The notes under the pieces are model-generated. The model was not told the origin of the DNA and made no database searches. It was given only the letters and a program-made list of their open reading frames with translations. From positions 24,555,081 through 24,619,080 of the forward strand of contig NC_069001.1 of NCBI RefSeq assembly GCF_001194135.2: a DNA stretch of 64,000 bases. Direction: 5' to 3'. Below are positions 11,549-24,514 of this stretch, piece by piece; the stretch's first letter is position 1, and every line of letters starts with the position of its first letter. The DNA comes from Octopus bimaculoides. Taxonomy: Eukaryota. The position numbers were made by a program, and so were the translations under genes.

Positions 11549-11984
11549 AATTTTTTTTATTAGATGAGTTACGATGTGGAGAAATGCTCAGCTTGGTAGT
11601 GAAACCATACGTAAAACTGTGGCAAACGGGGCTGTAGCAATGGAAGGCGGTTATCTTAACAAGTAAAAAGCATTATAAAGCTTATTCTTTTGCGTGGGTC
11701 AGTTAGATCTAAAGTAGTCTCTCCTGGGAATCGATGGACAATGGCTGGAACCTGATCAACTGGGCTTATCTCAAGCGACCACAATAGAATAGGTCAGCTT
11801 ATCTACTTATGGATAACGCAGACAGCTGCAGTATTTACAGCTTGTCATGGGGCCAGTTCTATCATTATTGATTGAGTCTTGCATCTCGAAGTTGCTATAT
11901 ATGAGCCCTTAATTCGTCTCAGCTGTGTTCTAACGTAGAGCAGTCTCTTAAAATGTATCTTAGCAAACATATTCATTGCACACT

Positions 11985-12070
11985 AGTTGACAAGAGTTTG
12001 ACACATCGCCCAGCTCAGGAATCGAAACGACCTTCTTATGATCATGAGTGTAACATCTTAACTACTAAGC
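11985..12070 (-). mobile_element. Degenerate tRNA-Arg-like SINE head (family 2/3 type)
   Basis: Reverse complement ggcttagtagttaagatgttacactcatgatcataagaaggtcgtttcgattcctgagctggg resembles the heads at 12691 and 58947. Confidence 0.55.
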
Positions 12071-12080
12071 CTGTTGTTAA

Positions 12081-12125
<45 letters not shown>

Positions 12126-12169
12126 NNNNNNNNNNNNNNNNNNNNNNNNNNNNNNNNNNNNACATATAT

Positions 12170-12203
<34 letters not shown>

Positions 12204-12690
12204 GTATATATGTATGTGTGTGTGTATGTATGTATAGGGAAAGAGTTTGAAAGAGACTGATATATAGATAGGAATTTAGATATACGTATATTTGTGCGTG
12301 TGTGTGTGTGTTTGTGTGGTCAACTTAACGTCTAATGTTGGGTAGCATCTCAATGAATAGTTAAAAGGATTGACACTTGAGAACAAATGAATAGAGTGCA
12401 ATTGCTGTCTACATTGATTTCAGTCTTCATTTGTTATATTTGATAACCAAGTTATTTGTATTATCACAACATTTATTCATACACTTATCGAAAAATACAA
12501 AAGTATATTTGCATTATTGAAGTGTGTGTATTAGGTTGCTTCTAATACTGCAGCCATTTCAGTCAGAGGAAAATTGTAATGATTCGATTTTTGCATCTGT
12601 GCTCACGCCATGCAAAAACACTGGCGCAACAGATTGATGCAAATATATGCAAGTAAATGTACGTAATATATACGTTAATAGTGAACAATG

Positions 12691-13035
12691 GTGAAGGCGC
12701 ATGGCTCAGTGGTTAGAGCGTTGAGCTTACGATCGTGAGTTTGTGAGTTCGAATCCCGGACCAGGCTGCGTGTTGTGTTCTTGAGCAAGACATTTTATTT
12801 CACGCTGCTCCAGTTCACTCAGCTGTAGAAATGAGTTGCGACGTCACAGATGCCAAGCTGTATCGGCCCCTTTGCCTTTCCCTTGGATAACATAAGTGGC
12901 GTGGAGAGGGTAGGCTGGTATGCATGGGCGACTGCTGGTCTCCCATAAAACAACCTTGCTCGGGCTTGTGCCTGGGAGGGTAACTTTCTAGGCGTAATCC
13001 CATGGTCAGTCATGACCGAAGGGGGTCCCAGCAGC
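12691..13035 (+). mobile_element. Full-length tRNA-derived CORE-like SINE (family 2; octopus OR-type by inference) with 11-bp TSD
   Basis: A box TGGCTCAGTGG (12702-12712), B box GTTCGAATCCC (12747-12757), CORE-like cttgagcaagacattttatttcac...ctcagctgtagaaatgag. Perfect TSD AGTGAACAATG at 12680-12690 and 13036-13046. Confidence 0.9.
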
Positions 13036-13234
13036 AGTGAACAATGAGAATGAGCGTTCAACACTGCATTGGTCGATAAAATTCTTTACTTGTGTCATGT
13101 TAAGAAAGATCCCTTAATAATGTTCATGCTCAAGCCCCACGGCATGTAACAATGGTGTTCGTGTCCATTTTGGATTAAAACATGAAAATTCACGTAAGAG
13201 CACGATAAAATAGACGCGCATATATATATATATA

Positions 13235-13303
13235 TGGGAGAATATACAAAAAATAACAACAGACGAGGACAGGTGGTGTAAATAACAAAAGTATATATTA
13301 GTA

Positions 13304-13305
<2 letters not shown>
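13235..13305. mobile_element. Fragment of the same Penelope-like terminal repeat seen at 31354-31720
   Basis: atgggagaatatacaaaaaataacaacagacgaggacaggtggtgtaaa...tattagtat matches atagggagaaaaaacaacaacagacgaagaaaggcgatgtagaaa...tattagtat. Confidence 0.55.
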
Positions 13306-13341
<36 letters not shown>

Positions 13342-13529
13342 CAAATAGAAAAGAATAAGTAAAGTTAAAAGATTCACAAAAGCAGTTTCAGTAGCATATT
13401 TTCTTATATTGATAAATGGTTTGATTATCACGATTACATCATGAATTCGCTCTCATCACGTGATTTGAAGCATGGGTAAGAGAAGGATTTGAAATCGACC
13501 TACCCTTGCCAGACGTTGGCAAGCAGAGC

Positions 13530-13622
13530 ATGCCACTTTGGGCAGGTGTCTTCTATTATAGCCTCGGCCCAACCAAAGCTTTGTGGGTGGATTTGGTAGA
13601 TGGGAACAGAAAGAAACCTGTC

Positions 13623-13653
<31 letters not shown>

Positions 13654-13990
13654 TATATATGCTCATGCTCATGCTCATTAGCATATGAAATGAGCAGAAC
13701 TTACTTGCAGGTATTGGTAGTGCAAATCAGAGGTGCAATCTGTGTGGGTGTTTTTTCAAAACACTGTCTGGTTTAAAAAGCCACATCAGACGCCATGAAA
13801 NNNNNNNNNNAGAGCATGCCACTTTGGGCAGGTGTCTTCTATTATAGCCTCGGCCCAACCAAAGCTTTGTGGCTGGATTTGGTAGATGGGAACAGAAAGA
13901 AACCTGTCATATATATATATATATGTATATGTGTGTGTTTTACCCCACCTGTCTTCACTTGACAACCATTGTTTGTGTGTTTACGCATTT
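13530..13990 (+). mobile_element. SINE-like family 1, 5' half (duplicated across a 10-N gap) plus start of 3' half
   Basis: catg.cac.ttgggca.gtgtcttcta.tatagcctcgg.cc.accaaagc.ttgtg.gtggatttggtaga.gg.aac.gaaagaa.cc.gtc, then (TA)n. Confidence 0.8.
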
Positions 13991-14212
13991 GAACGCAGAA
14001 TGTGAAGTCAGAAGACTTTCCGCCTTAATATGAAATAATATTGGCGGAATATTCTTGTCAAGGTCTCAAGGAATATAAACTTAATAGAGCAGGGAAATCT
14101 GCAGTCAGTTCACCTTGAGATATAGTTTTAGAATTATATTTATAATTATTGGGATATGTTACGATCGGGATGCATATCTGCATACATATGTACGTACAAA
14201 TATATATACGTG

Positions 14213-14249
<37 letters not shown>

Positions 14250-14884
14250 TGTGTGTGTGTGCTTTGAAAATACATATTTGATGACAGTCCAAGTGTATCA
14301 CAGGATTATAAGAATGATTATTAGAATACTGTGCTTTGGTGTTGGTTCTTTGAGCCAGCTGACTCCCATACATTTCGTGGCTGCCCTTACAGGTCAAACA
14401 TGCATATTTGTATATATCAGTGAGCAAAAGTATTGTCTGATATATACCATTGTCTTTTAAAAAGCCAAAATGTCAGGATAACTTTCTAAATGCACAACAG
14501 GCTACCCATTATTTTATTGTTAATGTATTGTAAATTTCTTTGTGTGCTCCGATGACGTTGACGGCGACTTTTGACCCAGCACTAGAACGACATAAGCAAC
14601 AGCAAATATGGAAGACCAAGCTTCCGTCAACCACTTCACTATGTATATGTCAATGTTCAGATCTTTTAAATTGTCGATAGGAAATGCTCATTGTTTCTGA
14701 AAATGTTAAGCATAAACTATTATATATTTATTCCATTGGTGACAAATGGAAAAAAAGCACTTCTTATCCAGTTGACCTTTTTTATATGAAATAATTTCAA
14801 CGATAGTATTACAGCAGAACTTAAACTGTAGCTTCATTTGGACTTAAGCCATTTTCTACGTCCACGCTTTCCATTTAACATCTG

Positions 14885-14975
14885 CTTTGCATTTTTTGAT
14901 TATTCGGTTGTCAAGCGATGGTGGAGACAAACACAGGCACCCACACGCACAAATATATATATATATATATATATA
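14885..14975 (-). mobile_element. SINE-like family 1 fragment
   Basis: tcggttgtcaagcgatggtggagacaaacacagg is the reverse complement of the family 1 3' half start. Confidence 0.7.
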
Positions 14976-15963
14976 NNNNNNNNNNNNNNNNNNNNNNNNN
15001 NNNNNNNNNNNNNNNNNNNNNNNNNNNNNNNNNNNNNNNNNNNNNNNNNNNNNNNNNNNNNNNNNNNNNNNNNNNNNNNNNNNNNNNNNNNNNNNNNNNN
15101 NNNNNNNNNNNNNNNNNNNNNNNNNNNNNNNNNNNNNNNNNNNNNNNNNNNNNNNNNNNNNNNNNNNNNNNNNNNNNNNNNNNNNNNNNNNNNNNNNNNN
15201 NNNNNNNNNNNNNNNNNNNNNNNNNNNNNNNNNNNNNNNNNNNNNNNNNNNNNNNNNNNNNNNNNNNNNNNNNNNNNNNNNNNNNNNNNNNNNNNNNNNN
15301 NNNNNNNNNNNNNNNNNNNNNNNNNNNNNNNNNNNNNNNNNNNNNNNNNNNNNNNNNNNNNNNNNNNNNNNNNNNNNNNNNNNNNNNNNNNNNNNNNNNN
15401 NNNNNNNNNNNNNNNNNNNNNNNNNNNNNNNNNNNNNNNNNNNNNNNNNNNNNNNNNNNNNNNNNNNNNNNNNNNNNNNNNNNNNNNNNNNNNNNNNNNN
15501 NNNNNNNNNNNNNNNNNNNNNNNNNNNNNNNNNNNNTAGTAATGACATATGTTAATTTATTAACATAATATAAATAATCTTTACAATTGTTTCGATTGAA
15601 ACTCAAAGCAAATAACAAAATTATGAAATTTCAAATTTTGGAAACGTTTTGAGTAAAAAATCACATCAGAAACATATATTGATTAATTCAGTCTCTTTAA
15701 TCAATATATGATTTTTTATAAATTTGTTATTGGTTTTGAGTTTGAAGCGAAACAATTGTAGGGATTATTACTATTATGCTAATAAATTAACATATATCAG
15801 TTTTACCTCTCTATTTTCCTTTTATTATTTTGTATATTGTATATATACCATTTGTATTGTAGAAGATGTTATCTACTATATTGGGTACTACACCGGTTAA
15901 ACCAGTGAAACTTGAATACTTCCATCCTTATAAGAGGAGCTTGCCTCCTTGTATTGGATCATA

Positions 15964-16342
15964 TACTCTTTTACTTATTTCAGTCATTTGACTGTGACCA
16001 TGCTGAAGCACCGCCTTTAGTCGAATCAAATCGACCCCAGGACTTATTCTTTGTAAGCCTAGTACTTATTCTATCGGTCTCTTTAGCCGAACCCCTAAGT
16101 TACGGGGGTGTAAACACACCAGCGTCGATTGTCAAGCGATGTTGGGGGGACAAACACAGACACACAAACATATACACACACATACATATATATGTATACA
16201 TATATACGACGGGCTTCTTTCAGTTTCCGTCTACCAAATCCACTCACAAGGCTTTGGTCGGCCCGAAGCTATAGTAGAAGACACTTACCCAAGGTGCCAT
16301 ACAGTGGGACTGAACCCGGAACCATGCGGTTCGTAAGCAAGC
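15964..16342 (-). mobile_element. SINE-like family 1, near full length (head runs into gap)
   Basis: Reverse complement gives head ...gcttgcttacgaaccgcatggttccgggttcagtcccactg (B-box-like GGGTTCAGTCCC), CORE-like ccttgggtaagtgtctt, an internal (TA/CA)n and the 3' module ending aagtaaaagagt. Confidence 0.9.
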
Positions 16343-17370
16343 NNNNNNNNNNNNNNNNNNNNNNNNNNNNNNNNNNNNNNNNNNNNNNNNNNNNNNNNNN
16401 NNNNNNNNNNNNNNNNNNNNNNNNNNNNNNNNNNNNNNNNNNNNNNNNNNNNNNNNNNNNNNNNNNNNNNNNNNNNNNNNNNNNNNNNNNNNNNNNNNNN
16501 NNNNNNNNNNNNNNNNNNNNNNNNNNNNNNNNNNNNNNNNNNNNNNNNNNNNNNNNNNNNNNNNNNNNNNNNNNNNNNNNNNNNNNNNNNNNNNNNNNNN
16601 NNNNNNNNNNNNNNNNNNNNNNNNNNNNNNNNNNNNNNNNNNNNNNNNNNNNNNNNNNNNNNNNNNNNNNNNNNNNNNNNNNNNNNNNNNNNNNNNNNNN
16701 NNNNNNNNNNNNNNNNNNNNNNNNNNNNNNNNNNNNNNNNNNNNNNNNNNNNNNNNNNNNNNNNNNNNNNNNNNNNNNNNNNNNNNNNNNNNNNNNNNNN
16801 NNNNNNNNNNNNNNNNNNNNNNNNNNNNNNNNNNNNNNNNNNNNNNNNNNNNNNNNNNNNNNNNNNNNNNNNNNNNNNNNNNNNNNNNNNNNNNNNNNNN
16901 NNNNNNNNNNNNNNNNNNNNNNNNNNNNNNNNNNNNNNNNNNNNNNNNNNNNNNNNNNNNNNNNNNNNNNNNNNNNNNNNNNNNNNNNNNNNNNNNNNNN
17001 NNNNNNNNNNNNNNNNNNNNNNNNNNNNNNNNNNNNNNNNNNNNNNNNNNNNNNNNNNNNNNNNNNNNNNNNNNNNNNNNNNNNNNNNNNNNNNNNNNNN
17101 NNNNNNNNNNNNNNNNNNNNNNNNNNNNNNNNNNNNNNNNNNNNNNNNNNNNNNNNNNNNNNNNNNNNNNNNNNNNNNNNNNNNNNNNNNNNNNNNNNNN
17201 NNNNNNNNNNNNNNNNNNNNNNNNNNNNNNNNNNNNNNNNNNNNNNNNNNNNNNNNNNNNNNNNNNNNNNNNNCAAGAAGCCAGTGTGTAAATAAAAAAA
17301 TTCATTAGGGAAATTTCTATTCCCAAGAATATAATTATTCGTATATATTTATATAAAAGGCATTAAAACT

Positions 17371-17595
17371 ATGTGTGTGTGCTTGCGTTTGTGTTTGTCC
17401 CCCACCACCGGTTGATAACAGGTGATGATGTACTTACGTCTCAAAACATAGCGGTTCGCGAAAGTGACCCATAGAATAAGTACCAGGCTTAAAAACATGA
17501 TTAATCCTGGGGTAGGTTCATTCAACTAAAAATTCTTCAAGGCGGTGCTCCAGCTTGGCCGCAGTGTAATGACTGGAACCAGTAAAAGATAAAAA
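17371..17595 (+). mobile_element. SINE-like family 1, 3' half
   Basis: gtgtttgtcccc...gcggttcg...atagaataagtaccaggctt...cttcaaggcggtgctccagc.tggccgcagt..aatgactg.aac.agtaaaagat. Confidence 0.85.
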
Positions 17596-18695
17596 TATGA
17601 TTTAGACTACAAGAAGAACACTGCATAATTAAACATGTTTGCAAGAAACAAGCTTTAAAAGATGACAGAAATGAGTTATAACATCAATAGGAGATACGAT
17701 GGAATAAAAGAGTTAAGAGAAACTTTGATAGTCGTTATATAAACGATTGATCTGGAGATAACAGGCACGTAGCTGTATGAGCAATGTGGCAGTGAGATAA
17801 ATAGATAACATTAAAAAATTTAGGAGATACAATGAGATAAATTGCTAAAAGAAACATTGATAACAATTGTATAATCGGCTGATGTTGAGATAGCATTTAG
17901 CAGCTGTATGAATAAGGTATCATTGAGATGGAAAGATTACAATTAAAAGAACGCTTACACCTAACTCCCGATATGTATTAGAAGATGTAAACTTGTAATT
18001 CAAAGATTATTTAGGCTACCAGAATAGAAATCATCCTCGGCTCGCTTAAAGAAGTTTTCTATATTTCAATTCAGGTATGACAATTCTAGTTCTTTTAAAG
18101 TCTGACCAGATACGTGCATGCGATCTGGCACAAACGATAACTGCAGACACATGGTGATGAAGATGAGAAAATGCTGATAATGCGAGCAAAACTAATACGA
18201 TTATTGGATTTGTGCCTTTCAGGCTCCAATTATACATAAATTATACAATAGAGAAGAGAAATATAAGGTAATGTATATGAATTACACCACAATAACTATA
18301 CATCGACTAATAACTCACATTTCTACAATTGCATATCACACATGAAGACACAAAACACTGCTAAAATTCTATAACATTTATTCATAGAAGTTTAAATAAG
18401 ATCTTAAGAAATAAGAACTATGTATTGCGGAAAAAGTAAGATAATAATAAGGTTGTGTAAATATAATTTAGAGCTGAAAGAGTAGAGTACTTAAAAGAGA
18501 GATGGAATGATACAAGATAATAAGTAAAAGTAACATTGTTAACAACAATATAAAGCATTGAAGTGGAAGTGAAAGATAACAGCAACAAGACCAATCGAGC
18601 AATAAGGAAAAAAAACTAACGATAAAAGTTAAATGAACGATGAAGAGTTTAAAGATAGCAAATGTAATACTCAAATACCAAGATAAAAGCTATAT

Positions 18696-18820
18696 ATTTA
18701 TAACACCTAACTCCTATTAAATGTAAGAAGATATAAATTCATAGCACCTAACTTCGATTAAATATAATATGTAAATTTATAACACCTAACTCATATTAAA
18801 TATAAACAAGATGCAAATTG
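18696..18820. repeat. 3 tandem copies of a ~42-bp AT-rich unit
   Basis: atttataacacctaactcctattaaatgtaa / attcatagcacctaacttcgattaaatataa / atttataacacctaactcatattaaatataa. Confidence 0.8.
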
Positions 18821-19259
18821 ATAAGTCAAAGATTGTTTATATTCCCAGAATAGATACTGCCCGGGGTTTCTTCTTACAAGCGAGTATTTTTATGGTAAAT
18901 ACGCCAACACAAATTCAGTTGCAGACACAGAAAATATTTCTGAATCATACCAGTTTCAGTCTCTAAACAGACACATGAAGCCCAGAAAAAGATGATTATA
19001 TGAAAGAATGTGAGAAAATCGATGGAATTCTGTACTAATGCTTGCCATTATTGATGAATTTTACAAAGAGGGGAATGAATAAAAAAAGGTATTTTATTAT
19101 ACAACAAAATCCACAAACAGACAAGCAGCTCTCATTTTCATAACTACAGAGTACACGCATGCATTCACGCGCACACACACACACNNNNNNNNNNNNNNNN
19201 NNNNNNNNNNNNNNNNNNNNNNNNNNNNNNNNNNNNNNNNNNNNNNNNNNNNNNNNNNN

Positions 19260-19307
<48 letters not shown>

Positions 19308-19689
19308 CTCTCTTTTCGAAGATAACATATACAGTTACTAAGACGGGAAAATTAGAAATAAGCGCCGACCCTCATGCCGGTTGAGAAAGGTTTTTCGAAG
19401 ACACCATGTAACCTGCAAAACCAATAACCAAGTTCTTGAATATGTTTTAGAACTTTAGGATGATACTTCAGAATTCACATTAGAACAATACAAGTTTGAG
19501 AATAGAATTGTGACAAGCTGTACAGTCTCAGTCATCGTATTTGACGTTAATGTATTTGGCGACATGAATATTATATTAAATTCTACCGAGGTAAAGTTCC
19601 AAGAAGCTTGGACAAAGCTTTACATTTTAGATCAAACAATAAGAACTTTTATCAATGATCTGACACAACATCACAGCTGCTAGATGTAG

Positions 19690-21200
19690 CTGGGTTCAAC
19701 AAAGACTTGTGAACCCCATGTCCTGGGTAAACTCTAACATTCACCCATCAAATTCAAAGTCTATTGATTGACGAAATAGAAAGGGGTAAAAAAGATCCGT
19801 TCGTTATCTTCGAAACTATCATCCCAACATAAAACAAAAAAAAAAAAATTACGAACAGGAGGTTTTGAATGCAACCTGTTTGACACNNNNNNNNNNATAT
19901 CGGGTTTACTCGCTTTTGACAAGGTCTCGATATACAGGCACGCAACCCTGTTCACGCCTATGTGATGACTGTTTCTCTTTAAGGTTAGATGTTGATAAAG
20001 CAACTGAGCAAGCCTCGGAGAAATGTATCAACTACTATTTGAAGAATTGGCTTGGCTTGCAAACGGGTCTGATCTGTATTGCTCTATATGGATCCAGTAA
20101 GACTATACTAGTCTAAATAGGAACACACCATAATAATTCGAGAGAATTGAAAGTTGGGGCGGTTGGCATCAAGTTCAGCAAAAGTAGGAAGTTACAGATC
20201 TCAAAGAAAGTATTGAAGCAGAAGGAGTTGCTGGGACAATAACTATAGGGGGATCAGGCTCAAGTCTCTTGTCTTGCATCCAGGTTATTAAGATGAAAGG
20301 AAAGGAGCAGCTTCATTTTCAAAATCAAGTGGGTGCAGGTGTAGAGGAAGCACATGATAAAATGATGGCTAGTCTCAGTCAAAAAGAAAACCGGGTAACA
20401 TAAAACATCGTAATTCATTTTATAACTTCGGTTTCTGATGGACTAACGATCATGTTGAAATCCCCGATCCTGGCTGTTTATGACTCGTTACCAAATCCAG
20501 CGACACCTCACAAGTTTGGAAGAAGTGAATATGCCGTTCTACTATCGATGTAAGGAAAGAAGATTCATTCGACACCTCAAAGTCTTAGTCGCTGGTTTTG
20601 CTGATGGCTTTATGGCCAGTAGTACAGACTGGATTGTTCATGCGTTCACAGAGTGGTCAACGTAGTCGTTCAGTTCAGTCCAGTAAGAGCAACATCGTGT
20701 CTACATTGCATAACACCCTGCTTGGTAGTAGAGGTTAGGTATTGTAAGAAAAGCTGTTGTTCCGTCATCTCATCATAAAAGCAGCTCCCAAAACGGCACC
20801 CTAGCTAGACATTACCAAATTCTCAGACGAATCCTTTGAAAATCTGTTGAATCCCGAGGGAAACATACGGTTAACCTAATAAGAAAATAATTGCTAAACA
20901 AAAGGAGTGGAGTAACCAGCAGCTGAAGGTGATAGGTTGACCGTGAGCCGATTTAATTGGCTGGCGTAAATTTAGATGGAGCGCTCACACGGCAATGCTC
21001 TGAGTGGGCTTGGAATCACAGGTGCCACAAAATTTGGATGGCTGTACATTCTGTCGCAAAAAAAAATTATGCAACTTAGGATAAAAAGGACAAGCCTATG
21101 ACCAGTTGCCGACGGAGGTGTAAGTATTAATTTTCTGAAGCGTGGCTGGGTCAACTGGACGGAGGTGTCAGATGTTGAAAAAAGCGAACACTCCTCTGAC
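19690..21200 (+). mobile_element. Highly decayed Ty3/Gypsy pol relic (RT-RNaseH, possibly integrase)
   Basis: Collinear degenerate motifs in shifting frames: PMSWVNS (RT start P..WVNS), SGL...TLFTPM**LF (SGF.Q...TTF.TP.GRY.F), VGIKFSK (GL.LN.EK), LKSPILAVYD...AVLL (RNaseH linker L.S.P.LA.YD...GAVLL), and a C..C-like stretch near 21050. No LTR identified. Confidence 0.5.
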
Positions 21201-22745
21201 TCCTAAGGACATGACTAATCACGAGTTCTAGTGCACTCAAGAAATGTCTTGAAATATCAAGTTAGAAGACGACAGAACAATACATAAAATATGGTTAAAA
21301 GAAGCATTATTTTAAACAAAAAAAAAAAAAAATGGCAGAGAACAGTAAAAGCAATCGATATAGCCAGTTAGTACAATGGGATAAAATATTGATAGCAATT
21401 ATATAAGAGTCTTATGTGTAGATTACAGACAGAACTTACAACAATAATATAGCAACGAGATGAAAAGATAATAGTGAAGAGACGTATGAAGATTTGAAAG
21501 AGGACAAATATAATAACAATCTCCAGAAATATGGAAAGAGAGAGAAATATCGGAAGAGAAAAACATGATCATACTGTTTAAACAGATATTGATGTTATAA
21601 CAATATTTCATTGGAAATATAACAAGGTGAATATTTATATTAAATCCAGCTCTTGTTAAACAGAAACCAGTGTAATATAATACCATCGGATTTTTGTTAA
21701 ATACGAGAAGTAAATTTTCGATATCCCACATTTAATTCAAGTAATCCTATTAAATACAACACGGCATAAAACCTATAACATTTAACTTCTTTTAAATGTA
21801 ATCTACACACGCACGCACACACACACATACTTACACACATGTATGTATATATACATATATGTATATACATATATATATGTAAATATATGTATATATACTT
21901 ACATATATATACATATATATGTATGCATGTATGATCCAAAGATGATTTATACTACCAGAATAGAAACGTACTTACTTCACATGTCTACGTTTAGAAATTC
22001 GTATTTTTTCATAACAAATATCACAATTCTAATTCACAAGTTAAAAGCATTCATTGGCTAAAGTTAATTTTTGTTAAGACTTTGAAAACATTTCAAAATT
22101 AGATGGAAAAGTTCCTGAATGAGACCTCGTTTAAACTCGAAATACTGTCATAAACTCTAATCACTCTGATAATGTGAATAAAGATGACAAGATTTCTGGA
22201 TTTCTGCCTTTCAATCTGGTATTATTGATAAAGTATACAAGGGAATGTTAAAGAATAAAAATATTTTTATGTCTTACACAATTACGACAACAATATACCA
22301 ACAGCATATTTTACAAGTCTAAAACACACAGGAATTCTATGAACGGAAGTTTTAATATAAAATTAAATAATCTAGAAATCAGAGATTGTAAATAAGAGAA
22401 AAGTTTTAAGATTTTTACCTGTTTTTCGTTCATACCTGTCTTTTTGTTGGTTCAATTTTACGGCGAAAAGGCAATGAGTGTACAAACATTTATCGAAACA
22501 ACTCCGGTAGCGATATAAACAAGAGCACTTTGAACCAAAAATCCAACATGAGAGTTTCTCTCACGGTATTTTCTACAGTATATTTTGTTCTATATAGACA
22601 TATATCGCGTGTTCGTTTCTTTTTTGCATCTGGGATTTTATTTTTGTTATTCTATGTAAATGAAGATATTTCCTTCGATTTTCTGCTTTTCTTGAGAAGA
22701 TCCATTGCAGAACTGTTATTTTAATGAGCTGTGTCTATTTATCAG

Positions 22746-22845
22746 CCGATGAGACACATCTACACCGCCGGATACTAATGAACCAGTTGTTAAATGTCCC
22801 ACCCATGAGGGATCGGTGCTAGATGTGTCGAAACAGGCATCGCGA
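22746..22845 (+). ncRNA. Hammerhead-like motif with a long stem II (probable Penelope-like pLTR remnant)
   Basis: CCGATGA (U4>C) directly followed by GACACATCTA-CACCG, which pairs with CGGTG-c-TAGATGTGTC directly followed by GAAAC. The cleavage triplet and stem I are degenerate. Confidence 0.5.
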
Positions 22846-23314
22846 ATAATAATAAATTCTCGTATATTCAATCTTCTGCCTTCCATTTACCATATATGTA
22901 TATATACAGGGTGCCCCAAAATTAAAGCAACCAAATATTTTCAATTTTGCCACAGAAAAAAATATTGTTACATTTCGGGTCCGAGAGTTGCGATGCAATG
23001 GCAAAGGAAGCACAGTTATGACACTATCACATTTATTTGATATGCCCACCTCTGTTTCGAATCACAGCCTTAAGTCGAGGTGTGAATGCTTTGCACGTGG
23101 CACGCAGCAGCTAGGCTCTTTGAGGGTAATACATCTATACCTATGGACGGCAGTATATATTGTTTAATCCAGTATTGTGTCTGTTTGGAGCTGTGGGACA
23201 GGGCCAAGTCCTGTTCAAGGTGCACCCCGAAAGTGTTCATTCGCCCATGGAAGCAGTTCAGCTTCCAGAATGTCAGTAATGTATCACTGGGCGTTAATCG
23301 ACACTAGTGCTATC

Positions 23315-23420
23315 TTTCAAAGTCTGGTACTTATTCATGCGGCCCCTTTAAGTTACGGCGACGGAAACATACCAACACCGATTTTCAAGCAGCGGTGGGG
23401 GTCAAGCACAGACGCAAAGA
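23315..23420 (-). mobile_element. SINE-like family 1 fragment
   Basis: gtacttattc...taagttacgg.gac.gaaacatacca.cac.gattttcaagc.gcggtggggg.caagcacagac matches the minus-strand copies at 16080 and 28810. Confidence 0.6.
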
Positions 23421-24292
23421 CACACACAGCAGACACTTGCTCAAAGTGCCACACAGTGTGACAGAACCCAGAACTTAGCACAGAGCCATACATACATACA
23501 TACATACATACACACAAATATACATATATATAATAGACATGTATATATAGATCCATATACAAATACTCTGTTTTCTTCAAATAGCTATATATTCCTAGTA
23601 GTTACATACAGAGCTACTCACACTTAGAACATCGTATAGAATTGTACACATAGATGATCGTACTGGCTTTCTATTTGACTCCTTCTTATCTTCACCCTCT
23701 TTTTCACTGTCTCTACCCCATCCTTGTCCATTCACGCCCACCATCACTCGTAAATTGCATCGCATTTATAAAATATACAACATCACACAACTTGGCAATG
23801 ACATAACAGCGTTTGATTTTTTTTGTATTTCATGTGTACCTTGTTAAAATAAATAACCATTTGTACATAGAGTTATATCGATAAAAACAATGATATCACC
23901 AGCAATAGTACCAACAAGAACCAAAGTAGGAGCTATGAATGCAGCATTCACAGTGGAATTACCTCTGTTGACAGAAGAAACAGATCTAAAGCTAAAATCT
24001 GAGAAAAGCTAATATTTATAATTACTTAATTGAATTTTATGGCTCACTGAAGACGCTCAGAAGAACAGAAGTTCTTATCACAGCAGAAAATCACCGTGCG
24101 TGTGTATTACCTTCTCTCACTCGCATATTATGTCTTGCTAGAAATAGCAACTAAATCTGATCAAAATTATACTCCGGTGTCTTACGAAAGTGAAGAACAT
24201 AATGCAAAATGTAATCCGAGGTAAAATATGGTTGTGAAGAAAGATGGTTCAGTCATGGCTAGAATGAACTAAACAGCAGTAGCAGTAGCAGT

Positions 24293-24329
<37 letters not shown>

Positions 24330-24445
24330 GCAACATATATGTTCCCCTCTCAGGAACACTGTTTTCTTTCCTATAATAATCTACTGCAACATTCGCACGT
24401 ACAAAATTACGTTATTAAATTCCCGCTCACATACAGATGCATTTA

Positions 24446-24471
24446 TCTATATATATAAAAATGAGAATGTG

Positions 24472-24514
<43 letters not shown>

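Noticed and set aside
12691-12765. tRNA genes at SINE heads (12691, 35787, 44583, 58947)
   Set aside because: No proper acceptor stem or cloverleaf; each continues into a dispersed repeat body, and one has a TSD.
13530-13930. Duplications across small gaps (13527/13811, 28718/28759, 31323/31523)
   Set aside because: Near-identical sequence on both sides of an N run is typical of unmerged contig overlaps or allelic haplotypes.
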